A stretch of DNA of 64,000 nucleotides from Patescibacteria group bacterium (GTDB taxonomy: Bacteria; Patescibacteriota; Dojkabacteria; GCA-002793355). Location of the stretch: assembly GCA_016860985.1 (NCBI GenBank), contig BOKM01000001.1:920040-984039 (forward strand), read 5' to 3'. Both the position numbers and the translations under genes were made by a program. The notes under the pieces were generated by a model. The model was not told the DNA's origin, ran no database searches, and saw only the letters and a list, made by a program, of their open reading frames with translations. This document shows, in pieces, positions 50,740-59,655 of the stretch. Each line of letters starts with the position of its first letter. The first letter of the stretch is position 1.

Positions 50740-50921
50740 TGGTATAATTCGCCACTATTTGCACCTCTTTTGCAATGAGGAATCTTGCTAAAGACTTGAG
50801 TGTGCAAGGTGAACATTAAAAATTGGGCAGCGAAGGTATATGTGAGTTCTAAAATTTAGGATTCAACTATGCCTTCGCTTGCTCACGCAAGCAAAATCAC
50901 AGGCAAAGAAAGGAGAATATC
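50740..50921 (+). promoter_or_regulatory. Extended -10 promoter plus long structured 5' leader and SD
   Basis: TGGTATAAT 50740-48, branched stem 50759-807, long hairpin 50824-885, AAAGGAG before ATG. Confidence 0.6.
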
Positions 50922-51467
50922 ATGAAGAAATTTATTCATGTTTTCTTCATAGAATGGATTCAAAACCTCGCCTCCGTGATAGGAATGGTGCTAGCCCTAA
51001 CAACCAATGGTTGGATTAGTTATGTCTGGGTTATTGGCGGTATGCTGATAACGTCGGTCGTAATTTCTCTAACCGAGAATTGGAAGCTCACTGCAACTGA
51101 ATTACCGCAAGAGTCACAAACTCTCTGGGGCACAGTGCAGTATGGGCTACTTCTCGGGTTGTTCGGGGCTGTATACCTATTTCTCTCACAATGGGGTGAG
51201 TGGCGAATTCATCTTGTGATAGGGCTTGTGCTCGGTGGAGCTCTATCAGCACTTTCGTTCTCGAAAGAGAATTGGTGGACACCGAGGTTTTGGTCGCATA
51301 CTGCTAGCTTTTCCGCTACCGGCGGTATTCTTCTGCTCCTTTTTAGGATCGCAAGAGATACCTCAACGGTCAGTGAAAAAAGTTTGCATATTGTGACACT
51401 CACGACGGTAATGACGTTGCTTATTGTCGTGATAGACTACGGTCCATTCCTTAAAAAGAAGCCGTAG
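50922..51467 (+). CDS. Hypothetical multi-TM membrane protein
   Basis: About six hydrophobic segments, strong SD. Confidence 0.75.
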   Translation: MKKFIHVFFIEWIQNLASVIGMVLALTTNGWISYVWVIGGMLITSVVISLTENWKLTATELPQESQTLWGTVQYGLLLGLFGAVYLFLSQWGEWRIHLVIGLVLGGALSALSFSKENWWTPRFWSHTASFSATGGILLLLFRIARDTSTVSEKSLHIVTLTTVMTLLIVVIDYGPFLKKKP

Positions 51468-51527
51468 TGGTAACTAATGTTCGCCGGGCGGCTAAAATGA
51501 AGAATTTGATGCCGCCCGTAGTTACCA
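51468..51527. terminator. Long hairpin between convergent genes
   Basis: TGGTAACTA..CGGGCGGC / GCCGCCCG-TAGTTACCA. Confidence 0.55.
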
Positions 51528-51531
51528 ATTA

Positions 51532-51840
51532 CTACTTTGCTTCCCCTGTAAATTTTCCTGCCTCAACAAATCTTTCTTTGTAGATTCTTTTTGTTTCTTC
51601 GTCGAATACCGTTAATATTTCAATTTCGGCGAATGTCTTCTCTTCAGTTTGCGTAATGCTTAAAACTCGGCAATAACCCAAAAAGTTCCAATCTGAGTGA
51701 AAATATAACAAAGCAATCCTTAAAGGAAGAAGACGTTCTCTTTGTAATTCAATTTTTGTGCGAAAACCATTCTTTAGCAGTGACATATCAAAGTCTGGTG
51801 AAATTCGAACAATTGAATTTACTTCTATCATTGCGCCCAT
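51532..51840 (-). CDS. DUF2584-like small protein
   Basis: MGAMIEVNSIVR start and R.LPL motif as recalled for the family. Confidence 0.5.
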   Translation of the reverse strand: MGAMIEVNSIVRISPDFDMSLLKNGFRTKIELQRERLLPLRIALLYFHSDWNFLGYCRVLSITQTEEKTFAEIEILTVFDEETKRIYKERFVEAGKFTGEAK

Positions 51841-51918
51841 AGAATCAACAAATACTTTAGTAGACTATTATACGTCAATGTAAAAACACTTAAATAAGAA
51901 AGTTAGAATTAAGAAAAA

Positions 51919-52098
51919 AGCCGAAGGTGGGATTCGGTCACCTCACGGTATTTTTGTTCACTACGCTTCAAAAACACGCGTTCCTCGACCCCCGTCGTTT
52001 TAGACATAATGACTGATTATGTCCAAACTCCGTTTCTAATCCCTTATTGAAACAAAAAACGCTGTCTGGAAACGTTTGCATGTTCCCAAACAGCGCTT
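51919..52098 (-). mobile_element. 180-bp non-coding structured element ending in a copy of the tRNA-Thr 3' end
   Basis: AGCCGAAGGTGGGATTCG exact at 51919-36 and 52099-116; several hairpins in between. Confidence 0.7.
52054..52095 (-). terminator. Intrinsic terminator after tRNA-Thr(TGT)
   Basis: CGCTGTTTGGGAAC..GTTTCCAGACAGCG followed by TTTTTT. Confidence 0.7.
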
Positions 52099-52170
52099 AG
52101 CCGAAGGTGGGATTCGAACCCACGACATACAGTTTACAAAACTGCCACTCTACCACTGAGTTACTCCGGC
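52099..52170 (-). tRNA. tRNA-Thr(TGT)
   Basis: GCCGGAG/CTTCGGC acceptor, anticodon loop TTTGTAA, GGTTCGAATCCC. Confidence 0.95.
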
Positions 52171-52827
52171 TCAAAATGCTGCTGCGCCTGGTAGCCCAAA
52201 CAGGGTCAAAACCAAGCCAACTACAGTAGACAGCAGATTATACCAAAAAGAACTAAATATGGCGAACAGGGGTGAAAATGGAAGAATCATAGCAAGTAAA
52301 AGAATGGGAGCATACTGAGCCAAACTGGACCAGTTTGCTCTCCAATGTTTAGGAAGGAACATTTCGACGATATTACTTCCATCTAATGGGGGGATTGGTA
52401 GTAGGTTAAATAGCATTAAGCTGATATTAATGAACAACATGACGGTCAGAAAAGATGCAAGAAGTTGTAAGGCTAGTGTTGGCAGTGGCAAGATGATTAC
52501 AAGCTTGAGTAGTAGTGCAGAAACAACTACAAGTAAAAGGTTAGAAAGTGGCCCAGCAATTGATACAATGGCACTTCCCACTACAGGATTCTCGAAGTTA
52601 TAACTATTTACCGGTACGGGTTTACTCCACCCTATTTTTCCAAAAATCATCATTAAGAAGCCAATTGGGTCGATGTGTGCAATTGGGTTAATCGTCATTC
52701 TACCTTCCGCTCGTGCGGTGTCGTCGCCAAGTTTGTAGGCAGCATAGGCGTGAGCGTACTCATGAACGGCCGAAGAAATAAGCATTGCCGGAATCGTAAA
52801 CAGTAATGCCATAAGGTCAATTCCCAT
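52171..52827 (-). CDS. Site-2 protease family M50 metalloprotease
   Basis: HEYAH, NPIAHIDP, AGPLSN, NLLPIPPLDG. Confidence 0.95.
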   Translation of the reverse strand: MGIDLMALLFTIPAMLISSAVHEYAHAYAAYKLGDDTARAEGRMTINPIAHIDPIGFLMMIFGKIGWSKPVPVNSYNFENPVVGSAIVSIAGPLSNLLLVVVSALLLKLVIILPLPTLALQLLASFLTVMLFINISLMLFNLLPIPPLDGSNIVEMFLPKHWRANWSSLAQYAPILLLAMILPFSPLFAIFSSFWYNLLSTVVGLVLTLFGLPGAAAF

Positions 52828-52833
52828 GAAGAA

Positions 52834-53706
52834 CTATACCATGTTTTTCCAGTTAGACGCATTCCTTGTGCGATATATTTTTTGAATTGAAGATCCTTCT
52901 GATTTCAATTTTTCATCGTACCCTGCTATCTTTTCTAGTACCTCGTAGGTGCAAAGTGAAAAAAGATAAAGAAAATCTTCGATTGTAAGGTCTGAAGGTT
53001 TTTTCTGCATAAGTTGAATACGTCCCAAATCGATTCTGCGTGCCATATAGCGGCCAAGTATTGGAGCCCTACGTACAACTGGGTGTGACTGGTTAAAAAG
53101 GTACGAAACAAAATTCATAAAGAATTGCTCTTGATCAAGACTTACTTTATTCTGAATCCTCTCGATTTTTACCAAAACAGTTTCTACACTTGGAGCGGGT
53201 GAAAAATCAGCTCTACTGAAGTGGTGAAGCAATGAGAATTTGTGTCGAATTTGCATCTGAATTGAAAGTATCCCTGATGGAGCGGTGAGTTGTTGCCCAC
53301 CAAATCGATTTGCTGCTTCTTCTTGCATGACAAAATAGCCGAATTCAAAGCGCTTGTCTTCAGTTAGTTGTTTTACGATTGCTGTTGTACTCATAAAGGG
53401 AATATTTGAAACAACACAATAACGAGATGGCAGATTTACTGCAGCTAGAAAATTAGTAGCTTGGATTTGTACTCGAGGATATTGCCTATACGCTTCGCTT
53501 AGTGATTTTGCAAGTGCAAGGTCTAATTCATAGGCTAGAATATCGTTTTTTGTTTCAGTAACAAGCCACTGTGTAATGTTACCTGTTCCCGCTCCTATAT
53601 CGATAATAGGGAGACCTTGTGGAATAGAAACGTATTTTTTGAAGACATTTGATATGACTGATGGCTTTAGAAAGTTCTGTGTTGCTTGTATCGTGATCGT
53701 TGCCAT
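52834..53706 (-). CDS. rRNA adenine N6-methyltransferase, Erm/KsgA family (Erm-like)
   Basis: QNFL, IGAGTG, SNIPF, FSPAPSVET. Confidence 0.85.
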   Translation of the reverse strand: MATITIQATQNFLKPSVISNVFKKYVSIPQGLPIIDIGAGTGNITQWLVTETKNDILAYELDLALAKSLSEAYRQYPRVQIQATNFLAAVNLPSRYCVVSNIPFMSTTAIVKQLTEDKRFEFGYFVMQEEAANRFGGQQLTAPSGILSIQMQIRHKFSLLHHFSRADFSPAPSVETVLVKIERIQNKVSLDQEQFFMNFVSYLFNQSHPVVRRAPILGRYMARRIDLGRIQLMQKKPSDLTIEDFLYLFSLCTYEVLEKIAGYDEKLKSEGSSIQKIYRTRNASNWKNMV

Positions 53707-53742
53707 CTGTACTTAAGGGAATGTTATGTATTGATGGTATCG

Positions 53743-54930
53743 TTATCTACTTGCTTTTGCAACTTGTTTGCTGACAATCAATGCCGAAGGAAGAATGAAG
53801 ACTATTCCTACAATCCCCATTACCCCTAACGTTGTTGCGACGTTATATTTGGTCATTGCCCAACCAATAAGTGGTCCACCTGCGGAGATGAGTAGATTCT
53901 CAAACAACGAAATTGCAGATAAGGAGGTTGCTCGATATTTTGATACAATTTGCTCGTTTTGCAAGCGTGAGAGAATTGGTTTTCTGAATCCATCTGCAAA
54001 TTTTCTGGCATATACAGATGAAATCGCTCCTGCTTTCGTTTGCCAAAACGAGAGAAAGGAACCGAGAATCTGCATAACTGTAAGAGCAACAGGAATATTC
54101 TTGTCACCAAGTTTCATTATGTACGGTATGAGTTTGGTTCCGGCTGCTCTGATTAGGTATGTGCCTGCAACAATCCACCCCATCCATGAAGCAGGGAAAC
54201 CGGCCTCGGCAAGTCGTGGTTCGTACAGGTACCAAAGCCCCGCGTAAGCAACAAAATTAATAAGGATACTAAATATTGAGATGGATCTAATAAGCGGATG
54301 TTGAAATATATGCTTCATTCCATCCCAATTCTGTTTGAGATAATTCTTTAGCGTAAATTTTTCGGTGTCAAGTGTCGGTTCTTCTAGCCCTAGAGCGGTT
54401 AAGAATGCGATAAATGCAATTACTGCTGAAGCGATGTATGGTGCATGTAAGTCAATTTTGAATAGATATCCACCAATCACGCTTGATAATGCCATTCCAA
54501 GTGTCGCATAAAAGAAGGCGTCTGATTCGGTCTTTTGATAATGCTTTTCTTCCTGGTTATTTTCTTTGAGAGAATCAAATAATAGTGCCGAAAGTGCACC
54601 CGATTCAAATGCCCAGTTTGCATGGTAAAAGATGTTTCCTAAAAGAAATAGAGGAAAAGAATCGGCAACACTGTAAAGTGCAAAACCAATAATACCAAGC
54701 AATCTTCCAAGCAAAATAGTTCTTCTTCGACCGATCATATCGGCAAGTGCACCGGAGGGCAATTCAAGAAGAAGAGAAACAAACACACCAGATGAGGTGA
54801 TAAGCGCGATTTCTTCCCAACTCAGGTAATTTCTCCAGATGAGAACCCATACGCCAATTGCTACATAAAACCACTGAAAGAAGGTGGTGATAAGAAAGTA
54901 TTTTTTATTCTTTTGCCAATTAGTCTTCAT
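53743..54930 (-). CDS. MFS transporter (paralog of 12050..13240)
   Basis: ELPSGALADMIGRR, SGALSALLFDSL, YRAT. Confidence 0.88.
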   Translation of the reverse strand: MKTNWQKNKKYFLITTFFQWFYVAIGVWVLIWRNYLSWEEIALITSSGVFVSLLLELPSGALADMIGRRRTILLGRLLGIIGFALYSVADSFPLFLLGNIFYHANWAFESGALSALLFDSLKENNQEEKHYQKTESDAFFYATLGMALSSVIGGYLFKIDLHAPYIASAVIAFIAFLTALGLEEPTLDTEKFTLKNYLKQNWDGMKHIFQHPLIRSISIFSILINFVAYAGLWYLYEPRLAEAGFPASWMGWIVAGTYLIRAAGTKLIPYIMKLGDKNIPVALTVMQILGSFLSFWQTKAGAISSVYARKFADGFRKPILSRLQNEQIVSKYRATSLSAISLFENLLISAGGPLIGWAMTKYNVATTLGVMGIVGIVFILPSALIVSKQVAKASR

Positions 54931-54980
54931 ATGAGGGGATTATATGCCCTTTTCACGTAGTCTGCTACTCTTTGAATTTG

Positions 54981-55520
54981 TCAGCTCATTGTACGGATGT
55001 CTCGTTCTACAGTATCTCGTACAAAATCTTTCGGGAGCCTATCTTTGAGATATTGATGTTCTTTTTCGTTAATGATATTGAAAAGTGAGTTACCAACTTC
55101 TTCTTTAAGTTGCATAACAATGTTTGCGTTATCTTCGGGGCTGTTCGGCTTGTTCGGCATCGCTACCAACTGAAAAATTTCACGATAAACAGTAATGTCG
55201 GGCGGCAGCATCGTTGTATCTAGGTATTTTCTGTCGCGGTAATCACCCGTTAACCCTCGTACAAACAGGTGCGAGGCGACCCTATTCCCTTGCCTTAGGC
55301 GAATTTCACGTAATACTAGTTCCCCAGATTTTATACTCATTAAATCCGTAAACATTGCCGCAAAATGATAATGGCATTCTAATGCTTCACGGGACAATTC
55401 GCTGATATCTCCATTTTTAATAATATCATCGAGTGCGTGTACTTGTGACCAGAAGGCGCACCGAATCAAAAACTGTGCGTGTTCGTTCAATATTTCATCT
55501 GGCAAATGTTGGAGGCGCAT
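54981..55520 (-). CDS. Hypothetical protein, possible Cys-His-Asp fold
   Basis: LECHYH, SHLFV, YLDTT; TATTCT 6 nt before ATG. Confidence 0.55.
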   Translation of the reverse strand: MRLQHLPDEILNEHAQFLIRCAFWSQVHALDDIIKNGDISELSREALECHYHFAAMFTDLMSIKSGELVLREIRLRQGNRVASHLFVRGLTGDYRDRKYLDTTMLPPDITVYREIFQLVAMPNKPNSPEDNANIVMQLKEEVGNSLFNIINEKEHQYLKDRLPKDFVRDTVERDIRTMS

Positions 55521-55695
55521 TTATGAAGAATACACTGCAAATTACTTGTTGAACAGAGGTTCGATGCTCGCCTTAAGTAAGTCTTTATCCGTGTGGGTAT
55601 TGCATGTGCATTACGTTGTGAGATCCAAATGGAATTCGGACTATACTTTGGATATATGCTTTAGTTGAAAATCAAATGGATTTCCCACTAAAACA

Positions 55696-55768
55696 TGCAC
55701 TCGGCAGGAATCGAACCTGCAACCACCAGTTCCGCAAACTGGTGCTCTATCCGTTGAGCTACGAGTGC
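55696..55768 (-). tRNA. tRNA-Arg(GCG)
   Basis: GCACTCG/CGAGTGC acceptor, CCAGT-TTGCGGA-ACTGG, GGTTCGATTCC. Confidence 0.95.
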
Positions 55769-55775
55769 AGGGTGC

Positions 55776-55793
55776 GCCCGCCTTGCGGCGGGC
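55776..55793 (-). terminator. GC-rich GCAA-tetraloop hairpin between the KH gene and tRNA-Arg
   Basis: GCCCGCC-GCAA-GGCGGGC; no U tract, so may be a processing signal. Confidence 0.45.
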
Positions 55794-55806
55794 ATAATTT
55801 CACAAA

Positions 55807-56154
55807 CTAGAAGTTTGGAACATCAAATTCACCCGTAACTGCAGTAGATGCAGTTGTGTCGTCTGCAACTGGAGTTGTAGCGACTGGTGCTGTTGGTGCA
55901 GGTGTGCTGCCATTGTCTCGGTCTGATGGAACTTTGACATCAACAAACTTTCCTTCTTTGATTGCTTTGATTTTAACCAAAGATCGGATTGCATTAATTG
56001 TTTTACCCATTTTACCAATGACTAAACCGACATCTGTTGGTGCGGTGTGAATAGTCAAGATAATCTTACCATCTGCGAGTACTGACTCTTCGATGGAGAC
56101 TTCTTCTGGTTTTTCTACAATTGCTTTAACAATGTATGTTACTAAGTCTTTCAT
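55807..56154 (-). CDS. khpA: KH-domain RNA-binding protein KhpA
   Basis: DVGLVIGKMGKTINAIR; follows rpsP. Confidence 0.9.
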   Translation of the reverse strand: MKDLVTYIVKAIVEKPEEVSIEESVLADGKIILTIHTAPTDVGLVIGKMGKTINAIRSLVKIKAIKEGKFVDVKVPSDRDNGSTPAPTAPVATTPVADDTTASTAVTGEFDVPNF

Positions 56155-56193
56155 TGTTAGAAATGTTAAGTTATCTGAACATTATATACCAAA

Positions 56194-56484
56194 CTATTCA
56201 GCTTTCGCTGGTGTTTCTTTTTTGGCGATTGTTGGCCATCGCTTCTCTTTCTCTTCCTTTGGGAGGACTAATCGGAGCACTGAGTCTGTTGGTTGTGCAC
56301 CTTTTTTGACCCATTCTTCGTATTTCGTCATATCGAGTTGCAAGCCCTTCTCTTTTAATCCTGGGTTATACCAGCCGAGTGATTCGACGATTTTACCCTG
56401 GCGAGAAGTTCGTGCTTCCATGACGACGATGCGGTACATCGGTTGCCCTCTTTTTCCGGTTCGAGCAAGTCTAACCTTGAGCAT
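56194..56484 (-). CDS. rpsP: 30S ribosomal protein S16
   Basis: [29 protein letters not shown]. Confidence 0.97.
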   Translation of the reverse strand: MLKVRLARTGKRGQPMYRIVVMEARTSRQGKIVESLGWYNPGLKEKGLQLDMTKYEEWVKKGAQPTDSVLRLVLPKEEKEKRWPTIAKKETPAKAE

Positions 56485-57217
56485 GCGAATCTTCTATTAA
56501 CTTATCTAAAAGCCCAAGTGCTTTCTCTGCTGCTGCTTCCTCAGCTTTCTGTTTTGAGGAGCCACTGCCTTCTGAAAGCTGCTTTTCTCCTAGTTGCACT
56601 GCTGCAACATAGGTACGTTCATGAGCTGGACCGCTTTCCTGAATTATAGTATAAGTCGGCGTAATTTTGTAGTGTTGCTGCGTTATTTCCTGCAAGCGTG
56701 TTTTTGCGTCGGTATAATTTTTGTGCGTGACAGCGTCATCAATTTTTGAGAAAAGGTGCGCACTGATAAACTTGGCAGCATGCTTCATACCACCATCAAC
56801 GTAAATTGCACCTACAATTGATTCGAAAAGATTAGCCAATAAGTATTCTTTGTTTCTTCCTCCAGTTTTTTCCTCACCATGGCCAAGGATTAAGTTGTCG
56901 CCTAACCCAAGCTTAACTACTTCTTCTGCAAGGGAGGTCGTTTTTACGACGGCAGCTCGAACGAGAGTCATAATTCCTTCAGGAAGTTCTGGATAAGTGC
57001 GATACATATAGTCCGACACAACTAGTTCAACGACAGCATCACCGAGAAATTCTAACCGCTCGTTGTTATATTCGAATCCTTGTTTTTTTAGTTCGTTTGC
57101 AAATGATCTGTGTGTGAGTGCAGTGATAAGCGTTTGCTTCTTTTTAAACGTGTATCCAATGATTTTTTCTACTGGCGCAGTTGTTGTTTTACTGCTCTTT
57201 GCTCTTGAATTCGTCAT
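56471..57217 (-). CDS. rnc: Ribonuclease III
   Basis: [11 protein letters not shown], dsRBD (KTRLQE..GPAH). Confidence 0.97.
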   Translation of the reverse strand: MTNSRAKSSKTTTAPVEKIIGYTFKKKQTLITALTHRSFANELKKQGFEYNNERLEFLGDAVVELVVSDYMYRTYPELPEGIMTLVRAAVVKTTSLAEEVVKLGLGDNLILGHGEEKTGGRNKEYLLANLFESIVGAIYVDGGMKHAAKFISAHLFSKIDDAVTHKNYTDAKTRLQEITQQHYKITPTYTIIQESGPAHERTYVAAVQLGEKQLSEGSGSSKQKAEEAAAEKALGLLDKLIEDSHAQG

Positions 57218-57608
57218 AAATTGCTCCTAATACTCCATTTACAAACTTAGAGCTCGTCTCTGTTCCAAAAAGTTTTGCTAGTTCAATTCCTTCGTTGATT
57301 GCAACTTTCGGTGGTGTTAGCTCAGTTAATATTCCCTCTGCGATAACGACTCGCAAAATGCTGTAATCTACGGGATTAATTTCGTCTAAGGGCCTTTCTT
57401 TTGCGTATTTCAATATAAGTTCGTCAATCTTTTCCTTATGGGTTTCTATTGCAGAAAGAATTGCCTTGTATTTTTCAATATCGATGGGATAGTTCTTCGT
57501 TAAGAGAGATTCTACGTTTGCCTCTTCAAATTGGGTGTGTGCGTAATATGATTGAATAATCAAAATTCTCGCGTTTCTTCTTTTGTCACCCGAATTATAC
57601 AAATCCAT
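57189..57608 (-). CDS. nusB: Transcription antitermination factor NusB
   Basis: [25 protein letters not shown]. Confidence 0.93.
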   Translation of the reverse strand: MDLYNSGDKRRNARILIIQSYYAHTQFEEANVESLLTKNYPIDIEKYKAILSAIETHKEKIDELILKYAKERPLDEINPVDYSILRVVIAEGILTELTPPKVAINEGIELAKLFGTETSSKFVNGVLGAIYDEFKSKEQ

Positions 57609-57612
57609 GGTA

Positions 57613-57768
57613 TTACCTCGCATTACAGTGAACGCATTTTGCGTGATTCTTTTTCAAGTGTCCACATTTTGCGCAAGTAGTAACTCCGGTGAGCTCTACC
57701 CTACTGTTTACTCGGTTTCTTCTTGCACTACGTGCATGAGAATGTCTTTTTTTTGGTACTGCTGGCAT
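57613..57768 (-). CDS. rpmF: 50S ribosomal protein L32
   Basis: Not in ORF track. Manual translation [27 protein letters not shown] (51 aa). Confidence 0.93.
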   Translation of the reverse strand: MPAVPKKRHSHARSARRNRVNSRVELTGVTTCAKCGHLKKNHAKCVHCNAR

Positions 57769-57834
57769 GAGTGAAGTTTACTATACTCGTGCTCGATAGT
57801 CAATAATAACACGCCAAAAACGGTAAGAAATTGG

Positions 57835-59655
57835 TCATTTGGTCATGTTCAGGAAGTCTCGCATTGCAAACGAGGCGACAGAACTGGTTCCTCCACCTTC
57901 TACAAGCATTGCAAAGGCATATTTAGGCTGCTCGTAAGGGTAAAAGCCGATGACCCACGCATGCGCAGTTGAATATCCATTTTTATCTTTTACACCGAAT
58001 TCAGCAGTACCAGTTTTGGCGGCAACGGACATTGGAACGTACTTCAATGCAGTTACAACTCCTCTTGAACCTGAAACGCTCATTCGCATTCCTTCTCGTA
58101 CAATCTTTAAGGTTTGCTCGGAGGCGATATCCTTTGAAAGGATTACAGGTTGTTTTGTTGTCACTTGTCCTTTTGCATCTTTAATTGATGTTACAAGTCT
58201 TGGTTTGTACAACGTGCCTCCATTTGCAATTGCTGCAGCTACATTTGCCATTTGTAATGGTGTTGCGAGTGCTATACCTTGCCCTATTGCAGAGTTGCAT
58301 GAATCACCCTCGGGATACCAGATTGGATCCAGCCATGTAGCGCCATTCTTTGCAAGCCAAATCTTATTTTCTGGAGAGGGTATTCGCCCCGACATTTCTC
58401 CAGGAAGATCAATACCGGTTTTTTTACCTATACCAAAGGTGTCTGTATAAGGGATGAGTTTATCGATTCCCAACTTTATAATTGTTCTGCAAAAAAAGAT
58501 GTTACTTGATACCATTAGTGCTTCCCGAACTGTAAGGTAGCCGTTATATCTTTTCCGATAGTCTTGAAATGGAAATCCTCCTGCGAGTTTTATAACCCCC
58601 GGTGCAAGAAACTTTGTATTCTCATCAATAGTGCCTGAATCCAGCGCAGCCGCGGCTACAATGGTTTTAAAGGTTGAGCCTGGGGGTTCTTGAGCGGCAA
58701 TCGGACGATTCAACAATGGAGTTTGTGGGCTTTGTATTAAGCTTGCGTAATCTTTCTGTGAGATTCCTTTGACAAACAAATTGGGGTCATATGAGGGATA
58801 GCTTACTAATGCAAGAATCTCTCCACTCCAGATGTCAATTAGGACTCCTGACCCACCTTTTGCCTTGTTATTATCTACGGCTTTCTTGAGTACCGCATAC
58901 AAATTCTCTTGGTATTTTTTGTAAATGGAGAGGGTTATTGTTTCACCCGCTTGCGGAGCGGTATCTTGTATTTGGCCAATTTGATTTCCGAATGCATCTT
59001 TCTCATATGTTTCGTAACGCAATTCACCTTGAAGGTCTTGGTCGTATTGGTACTCAATACCGCTTTTCCCGACCATTTGATTTCGTACGAGTGTCGTATT
59101 GTTCTTTAGGTCATTTTCGCTGGCAATACCTGTGTATCCTAATAAGTGGGCAAAAGGTTTAGGAGAAACATACTCACGAAGATAACTATGGCGCAACACT
59201 ACACCTTCAGGATTCTTTTCTTTGAGCATTACGACGATTGATTTTTCCGCGTCATGAATAAGGAGTGTGATTCCAAGTGATCCTTCTTTGAATATATCTG
59301 CAATCTTATCTTTATACTCGGGAAGTAAAGCGTTAAGTGTTTCTTGATTTGCTTGAGTTGTATCAACATAAACATCGTATGATTTTTTATTTTGAACAAG
59401 CGCTACGCCATTTCTGTCTAGGATAAGTCCTCTTTCACCGAACGTAACAATTTTACCCACTGAATTGTGGTCGGCGAGTGCTTGGTATTCCTTGCCTTGA
59501 GCTATTGTGAGTTGAAATCCAGAGTAAATGAGGTAAAGAAAGGAAAACAGTATTACAGCAAATATTGCAGATATACCAAGGTATTGTGATGATGACGACT
59601 CGACAACTTTCTTTGCAAGCCCTGTTACCTCGATTACTTTTGGTTGGGACTTCAT
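57835..59655 (-). CDS. mrdA: Penicillin-binding protein 2
   Basis: RGLILDRNG, STFK, SSN, KTGT; follows mreBCD. Confidence 0.93.
   Translation of the reverse strand: MKSQPKVIEVTGLAKKVVESSSSQYLGISAIFAVILFSFLYLIYSGFQLTIAQGKEYQALADHNSVGKIVTFGERGLILDRNGVALVQNKKSYDVYVDTTQANQETLNALLPEYKDKIADIFKEGSLGITLLIHDAEKSIVVMLKEKNPEGVVLRHSYLREYVSPKPFAHLLGYTGIASENDLKNNTTLVRNQMVGKSGIEYQYDQDLQGELRYETYEKDAFGNQIGQIQDTAPQAGETITLSIYKKYQENLYAVLKKAVDNNKAKGGSGVLIDIWSGEILALVSYPSYDPNLFVKGISQKDYASLIQSPQTPLLNRPIAAQEPPGSTFKTIVAAAALDSGTIDENTKFLAPGVIKLAGGFPFQDYRKRYNGYLTVREALMVSSNIFFCRTIIKLGIDKLIPYTDTFGIGKKTGIDLPGEMSGRIPSPENKIWLAKNGATWLDPIWYPEGDSCNSAIGQGIALATPLQMANVAAAIANGGTLYKPRLVTSIKDAKGQVTTKQPVILSKDIASEQTLKIVREGMRMSVSGSRGVVTALKYVPMSVAAKTGTAEFGVKDKNGYSTAHAWVIGFYPYEQPKYAFAMLVEGGGTSSVASFAMRDFLNMTK

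Noticed and set aside
51919-52170. Intron-containing, split or second tRNA
   Set aside because: The tRNA at 52099-52170 is complete, and the duplicate has no matching 5' half or anticodon arm.
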